Shown: piece after piece, positions 33,941 through 38,891 of the stretch
How the letters are laid out: the number at the start of each line of letters is the position of its first letter
Position numbering within the stretch: position 1 is the stretch's first letter
Virus record (IMG/VR): IMGVR_UViG_3300049042_000257
Coordinates: 1 to 38,891 of that record
Direction: 5' to 3' (one strand)
DNA length: 38,891 nucleotides
DNA from: a virus
Taxonomy: Duplodnaviria > Caudoviricetes
Notes under the pieces: model-generated
Told to the model about the DNA's origin: nothing
Databases searched by the model: none
The model's input: only the letters and a program-made list of their open reading frames with translations
Program-made: the position numbers and the translations under genes

Positions 33941-35098
33941 ATGGCAGACACCGTCCAGAACATCTCGACGTTTCAAGACGCAGTCGATCTCTTGGTTGAT
34001 TTCTCCGGGAACAACCAGGGATCGAACATCTCGCGTGAAATGCGCAAGGCAGTCCTGGAGTCCTACGATGAACTCGTTGGGCTCAAGGACTGGCGGCATT
34101 TTCAGCGACCGGCGAGACTGCAAACGTACGCATCGGAGACCGGCACGCTGGCGTACGATCTGGCGACGAACACGTTCACGATTGATTCGGGGACGTTTCC
34201 GTCGTGGGCAGAGGGTGCCACGCTGTTAATCGGCGATGTCAGCTGTCGTGTTGCATCACGTCCGACGTCGGTTACCCTGACCGCCACGAGCGAGCAGGCA
34301 CCGATTGACGACATCGACACCGGCACGGACTTCACGATCTTCAAGGACATACTGACGCTGCCGGACAGCTTCCAGGCTATGTCGCCGCCGAAGGGTGAGG
34401 GTGGGTCTGGCTTCTGGACGCACTATGTCACGCCGAATGCGTGGCACAACCTGTCTCGGATTAGCGGGTCGATTGGAGAGGTTGCCGCCTGGACGATCAT
34501 GCCTGACCCGATCTACTCGGGCAGGCAGGCGCTGTATATGTGGCCCGCGCCGTCTGAATCCGCGACCCTGGATTACCTGGGCAAGTTCTATCCGCGACGA
34601 CTGTTCTTCTCCGGCTACCGTCCCAGCGACCGCGTCGGAACGATCAGTGTCTCGGGCAATACCGTCACCGGCACAAACACCGCATTTACTGCGGCGATGG
34701 TGGGCTCTATTCTCCGCATCAGCGAAGACGGCACCAACCATCCTGAAGGCGTCGGTGGTTTATATCCGTATCAACATCAACGGTTGATTACTGCATATTC
34801 TTCTGCCACGAGCATCACCGTCGGGGGTGACTCGCTGGGCTCGCTGTCGACCCGCAAGTACACGGTTAGCGACCCCATCGACGTAAGTCGCGGGATGCTG
34901 AACGCACTGTGGCGTGGCTGCGAGCGCAAGATCGCATACAAGAAGGGCACGTCGGCCCAGGCTGCGGCGGAGGCTGCGTACACCAGCGCACTCCGTGACG
35001 CCATGGCGGACGACGATCCGGTTCGCGGTCCCCGCTCGTGCTGGGATCATGGACTCGGGCAGTTGGTTCAATACTGGATTCAAGGGGGCGAGAGCTAA
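33941..35098 (+). CDS. Putative head-tail adaptor with inserted beta repeats
   Basis: AAGGA RBS; helical ends, LTLPDSF, LYMWPAP; GTISVSGNTVTGTNTAF insert. Confidence 0.6.
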   Translation: MADTVQNISTFQDAVDLLVDFSGNNQGSNISREMRKAVLESYDELVGLKDWRHFQRPARLQTYASETGTLAYDLATNTFTIDSGTFPSWAEGATLLIGDVSCRVASRPTSVTLTATSEQAPIDDIDTGTDFTIFKDILTLPDSFQAMSPPKGEGGSGFWTHYVTPNAWHNLSRISGSIGEVAAWTIMPDPIYSGRQALYMWPAPSESATLDYLGKFYPRRLFFSGYRPSDRVGTISVSGNTVTGTNTAFTAAMVGSILRISEDGTNHPEGVGGLYPYQHQRLITAYSSATSITVGGDSLGSLSTRKYTVSDPIDVSRGMLNALWRGCERKIAYKKGTSAQAAAEAAYTSALRDAMADDDPVRGPRSCWDHGLGQLVQYWIQGGES

Positions 35099-35538
35099 TG
35101 GGTGACGCAAGAAACCGCAGTGTAAGCCCCATGCTCAGCCAAATCATGGCATCTGCCGGGGTTGATAGGCGTCCATTTCAGGTTGACGCCATCCGCCAGT
35201 CGGACTCTGAGCTTGGCGGTCTGCATGAGCAGTACACGCCAGAAGCAGAGGCGGCAATGCGCGCCGGAATTTCAGTGAGCCCGGAGATCACACACGGGCA
35301 GCACGACCAGCTTCGCCGCTTGCGCGATCCATTCACTCCGCTTACGCCACAACAGGAAATGAGCCGCGCCGGTTTCACGAGCGACTTGCAGTACGAGCCG
35401 ATTTATCGCCACTCGCTTTCAGAGATCATTCGGAAGAGACTGGAAGCTCAGGGAGAGTCCGCCCAGAGATTTATCGATCTTGGGCCAAATCGCTTCAACG
35501 CCAACGTCAAGTCAAATCACCAGTGGTGGAATAAGTAG
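35098..35538 (+). CDS. Hypothetical protein
   Basis: TAATG coupling on the 5' side, TAGTG on the 3' side. Confidence 0.65.
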   Translation: MGDARNRSVSPMLSQIMASAGVDRRPFQVDAIRQSDSELGGLHEQYTPEAEAAMRAGISVSPEITHGQHDQLRRLRDPFTPLTPQQEMSRAGFTSDLQYEPIYRHSLSEIIRKRLEAQGESAQRFIDLGPNRFNANVKSNHQWWNK

Positions 35539-35837
35539 TGCCCGATCTCGATAGACCACTCGCCCGCGCCGCCATCCAGGACTTCGCGGGACTCAATACC
35601 AACGCTGACCCGCACGACTTGAAGCCGGGCGAGGCCACGATTCAGATCAATTGCGGCGGTCCCGTCAAAGGGAAGCTCCGGTCGCGACCGGGGCTGCGTT
35701 TCGTCGACTTTAGCGGAGGCAATGGCGGCACGTCTGCGGATGTGCAAGCCGTGTATCCCATGTCGACGCCCGCCGCAGACTACATCGTGTATCAACGCAC
35801 GGACGGTTACATCATCCTCGGCGCTGACCCTGCATGA
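35538..35837 (+). CDS. Protein resembling the N-terminal segment of podovirus nozzle/stabilisation proteins
   Basis: DFAGLNTNADPHDL...IN...GKLRSRPG. Confidence 0.6.
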   Translation: MPDLDRPLARAAIQDFAGLNTNADPHDLKPGEATIQINCGGPVKGKLRSRPGLRFVDFSGGNGGTSADVQAVYPMSTPAADYIVYQRTDGYIILGADPA

Positions 35838-37918
35838 CCGCAACACTCATCAACGACCTGCACACCGAATCCACGGTGAGCTTTGCTCGCACTCCTGCTG
35901 GCGAGCTATTCATCGCCAACGGACTGGACCGCCCGCGTAAGTGGGACGGCTTCTCTTCGTCGGCAGTGGTGGCCGGGCTGGACCCTCCGACCACGGCAGC
36001 CACGGTTACCGAAGACACCGGCGGTGCCAGCGGAACCGGTCTGTACACCATGGCGGTGCGGTTCGGTGACGCCTACGGCAACTACTCGAACCTATCGCCG
36101 ATCACGGAAGTCACGACGACGGGCGTCAACAAAGAATTCAACTGGTCGAGCATCCCCGTTGCCAGCGGAACGGACTCGTCGTCGCGGGTGACGCTGCGGC
36201 AGCTATTCCGCACGGCAGTCGGCGATGCGGATGTGTACTACCTCGTCGCCACGATCAACGACAACTCGACCACGACTTATACCGACCAGCTATCGGACGC
36301 CACGCTCGTGCAGAACGCCGAGCTTCCGGTGCTGAATGACGACGACACGCTGAACGCGAATCGGTTCGGCGTCCCGCCCATGAACAAGGCGGTTGTCGTG
36401 TGGAACCAGGACCGGATGTTCTACTTTGCCGACGTCGTCTACTCGACTGGCACCGTCAGCCTGACGAATACGTCAGGGACCGTGACCGGATCGGGCACGT
36501 CGTTCTCGAAAAGCATGATCGGCAAGTGGCTTTACCCGGTCGGTGCCAGCAGGGGCTACGAGGTCACCGCCTGGGCGTCTACGACCTCAATCACCGTTTC
36601 ACCGGTCTATTCGGGCAGCAATCTGTCGAACGTCGCGTACGAGCTTCGTACGGCCCCGGCCGAGCGGAACGTCATTTACTACAGTGAGACCGAAGAACCG
36701 GAGTCGGTTCCCCAGTCACAGAACCAGTTTCTCCTCCAGGAGAATAACACCGAGCAGGACGACCTGGTCGGCGGGTTCAGTGACGGCGGCTCGCTTATCC
36801 TGGGAATGACCGGGTTTTTGTACCGATTCGACTACGTCCGCCAGCCGAACCTTGACGGTGCTGCGTCCATGATCGCGCGGCGGGGGATGTTTAACCACCG
36901 CTGCCACGCCATCGGTGAGGGGATTCATTTCCTCATGGACCGCTTCGGTCCGTACATGCTGTCGGGCGGTCAAATCAAAGACATCGGCGACCGGGTCCGC
37001 GACCTGTTTCGCGACGGCACCCTGGACACGGCGTATTCTCGATATTTCCACGTTGGGTTGAACCCGAATACCCAAACTGCTAAGTTTTACATTAAGACCA
37101 CGGAAGACGGCGGTGTCAAGCGGTGTTTGGCGTACAATTACGCCCTGGATCGCTGGTCTGTCGAGACCTATCCGTGGGTAATCGGCGGGACGTGCGAGCT
37201 AAATGTCAACGGAACCCGCAGTTTCTTCGTCGGCAAAGAGGACGACCGTTTCTGCAAGGAAACGTACGCCACCAGCGCCGACGGCATTGCGGCCACCGTA
37301 TCGGGCACGGTCGCGACGGTCAATCAGGGCACGAATGTCTTGACTTCGACGGGTTCCGGGTTCATTTCGGGCCATGTCGGGGTGCCAATCGTCTTCACGT
37401 CGGGGACTGCCGAGGGCGAAAGCTGCGTCGTCACGACGTACACCTCCGGCACCCAGGTCACGGTCGATGATGTGCCCGCCGGGGTCGCGGTCGGCGATAC
37501 GTTCGCCATCGGCGGCGTGGCATGGCGTATGAAGTCGGGTTTGATGTCGTATCCGCGTGACAACGGCGTCAGCAATGAGCGGTCGGTCGAGGTGATTTTC
37601 AAGCCGACCACGGCTGACGGAAATTACTTCAATATCAGGCACTACCTGAACCACAAAACGACCGCAGAAGCCGCGCAGCAGGACTCCCAGCCGACCGAAG
37701 AGTCGTGCAAGCAGGAGTTCGGAAGCGTCAATGGCCGGGTGGATATGTACAAAAACCGCAACGACCAGTACGAGACGGTTGGTTTTGCCCGCAAGACGTT
37801 CACGTCGCGGCACGACCACTACGGTGTCTCGGATCGGTTTGTTGCGGTTGAGCTTCGTGGGGTGGCCCAGGGCGAGCCGGTCGAGATTTCGCAGGTCGAC
37901 ATCGGGGGCTTTAAGTAA
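35834..37918 (+). CDS. Putative tail nozzle/stabilisation protein (beta-propeller-like)
   Basis: 694 aa; LFIANGLDRPRKWDG, DRMFYF, IYYSE..EPES, LAYNY..DRWS. Confidence 0.65.
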   Translation: MTATLINDLHTESTVSFARTPAGELFIANGLDRPRKWDGFSSSAVVAGLDPPTTAATVTEDTGGASGTGLYTMAVRFGDAYGNYSNLSPITEVTTTGVNKEFNWSSIPVASGTDSSSRVTLRQLFRTAVGDADVYYLVATINDNSTTTYTDQLSDATLVQNAELPVLNDDDTLNANRFGVPPMNKAVVVWNQDRMFYFADVVYSTGTVSLTNTSGTVTGSGTSFSKSMIGKWLYPVGASRGYEVTAWASTTSITVSPVYSGSNLSNVAYELRTAPAERNVIYYSETEEPESVPQSQNQFLLQENNTEQDDLVGGFSDGGSLILGMTGFLYRFDYVRQPNLDGAASMIARRGMFNHRCHAIGEGIHFLMDRFGPYMLSGGQIKDIGDRVRDLFRDGTLDTAYSRYFHVGLNPNTQTAKFYIKTTEDGGVKRCLAYNYALDRWSVETYPWVIGGTCELNVNGTRSFFVGKEDDRFCKETYATSADGIAATVSGTVATVNQGTNVLTSTGSGFISGHVGVPIVFTSGTAEGESCVVTTYTSGTQVTVDDVPAGVAVGDTFAIGGVAWRMKSGLMSYPRDNGVSNERSVEVIFKPTTADGNYFNIRHYLNHKTTAEAAQQDSQPTEESCKQEFGSVNGRVDMYKNRNDQYETVGFARKTFTSRHDHYGVSDRFVAVELRGVAQGEPVEISQVDIGGFK

Positions 37919-38817
37919 TGTTCGGCAAGCAGATCGCCAAGGGGATGCACGTTCTGACGAACGCCGGGTTCTCGCAGCAGCAGGCGAACGCCCTGGGCAT
38001 GATCGTCGGTCAGTGCAAAGCCCCGCTTGAGCACGGCGGTGCCGTTGAGTACAGCGGTCCCGTGACGTTCGATGGGCCGGTGACTTTTAATAACGAGCTG
38101 AATCAAAATATCGACGGAACGGTTGATGTGGGTATCACTGCGCCGGGTCCGCATACGGCTAACCCCGTGGCGTACACCGATCCGCCTGCCGTGAGTGTCG
38201 TCGTTACAGAGCCGACCGACAATAACTTCGTGTTCGAGTTTACTTTCGATATTCCGGCAGGAACGCCGGGAGCAGACGGAGCTGCGGGAGCTGACGGAGC
38301 GGACGGAGCGGACGGAGCGGACGGAGTCACGCCGACGCTGGCTGACTCAGGCTTGAGCACGGTAACGCCGCTTGCATACGGTGCGACTCCGGCCGTCACC
38401 GTGACGATTGACGAGCCATTCACTCCGAACAACTACGAGATCACCTTCGCATTCGAGATTCCTGAAGGTGCGCCGGGCGTTGACGGGATCGACGGAGCGA
38501 CCGGAGCGACCGGAGCGACCGGAGCGACCGGAGCGACCGGAGCGGCAGGCGTTACGCCTACAATCTCAGCGCCTGGGCCTCACTCGGCGGTCCCGGTTTT
38601 GTCGGGCGACCCGCCGACCGTTACCGTAACCGTTACTGAGCCGACGCCAAGCGACTACGAGTTCGTCTTTGACTTTGAAATCCCTGAAGGTATCGCCGGA
38701 GCGGACGGAGCAGACGGCGCGGACGGGGCGTTCGCAGATATTACCGCAATCGCCGGATACAACGGCGCTACAACGCAAACACTACAACACATCTCGGGTG
38801 TCGTGACCTGGGTCTAA
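37918..38817 (+). CDS. Collagen-like tail fibre
   Basis: Gly-X-Y runs (GAD)n and (GAT)n alternating with three P-x-V-x-V...F-x-F-x-IPxG domains. Confidence 0.8.
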   Translation: MFGKQIAKGMHVLTNAGFSQQQANALGMIVGQCKAPLEHGGAVEYSGPVTFDGPVTFNNELNQNIDGTVDVGITAPGPHTANPVAYTDPPAVSVVVTEPTDNNFVFEFTFDIPAGTPGADGAAGADGADGADGADGVTPTLADSGLSTVTPLAYGATPAVTVTIDEPFTPNNYEITFAFEIPEGAPGVDGIDGATGATGATGATGATGAAGVTPTISAPGPHSAVPVLSGDPPTVTVTVTEPTPSDYEFVFDFEIPEGIAGADGADGADGAFADITAIAGYNGATTQTLQHISGVVTWV

Positions 38818-38826
38818 GAGGAAATT

Positions 38827-38891
38827 ATGTCCTACAATTTAGCGAACATCATTCCGCAGGGGCACCAGAACTTCGGTGCGAATATGGATAG
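38827..38891 (+). CDS. Start of next gene, truncated by window end
   Basis: GAGGA RBS, ATG 38827, open to the end. Confidence 0.6.
   Translation, partial: MSYNLANIIPQGHQNFGANMD

Noticed and set aside
30445-38817. Diversity-generating retroelement or invertible fibre cassette
   Set aside because: No reverse transcriptase or recombinase; the repeats are in-frame structural units without adenine-specific variation
415-38817. Stop-codon reassignment
   Set aside because: Conserved genes are intact in the standard code; TAA, TAG and TGA all end genes; no suppressor tRNA

Overview
About 39 kb of a tailed dsDNA phage genome with a podovirus-like virion module. All credible genes lie on the + strand. 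The host is inferred, not shown, to be a Planctomycete-type bacterium. The order is: (1) a repeat-rich non-coding left end with a sigma70 promoter; (2) six tandem, divergent early paralogues sharing one ungapped motif; (3) three coupled membrane micropeptides and a secreted trypsin-like protease; (4) an RNA island with a circularly permuted (YrlA-topology) tRNA mimic, a non-canonical tRNA-Ala(UGC), a closed structured RNA, tRNA-Glu(CUC) and a two-state SD-sequestering leader; (5) replication and nucleotide genes (AP2 protein, SNF2 helicase, SSB/annealing-like protein, RepB/AEP-like primase, UvrD helicase, VRR-Nuc, Dam-type MTase, metallophosphoesterase, HD hydrolase, DUF5664-like protein, EndoVII); (6) scaffold, capsid and decoration genes; (7) a probable lysis/envelope cassette with a papain-like peptidase and thioredoxin but no recognisable muralytic enzyme; (8) terminase, portal, fibres, adaptor, an apparently split nozzle and a collagen-like fibre. 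All calls come from motifs read by eye; no database searches were run.
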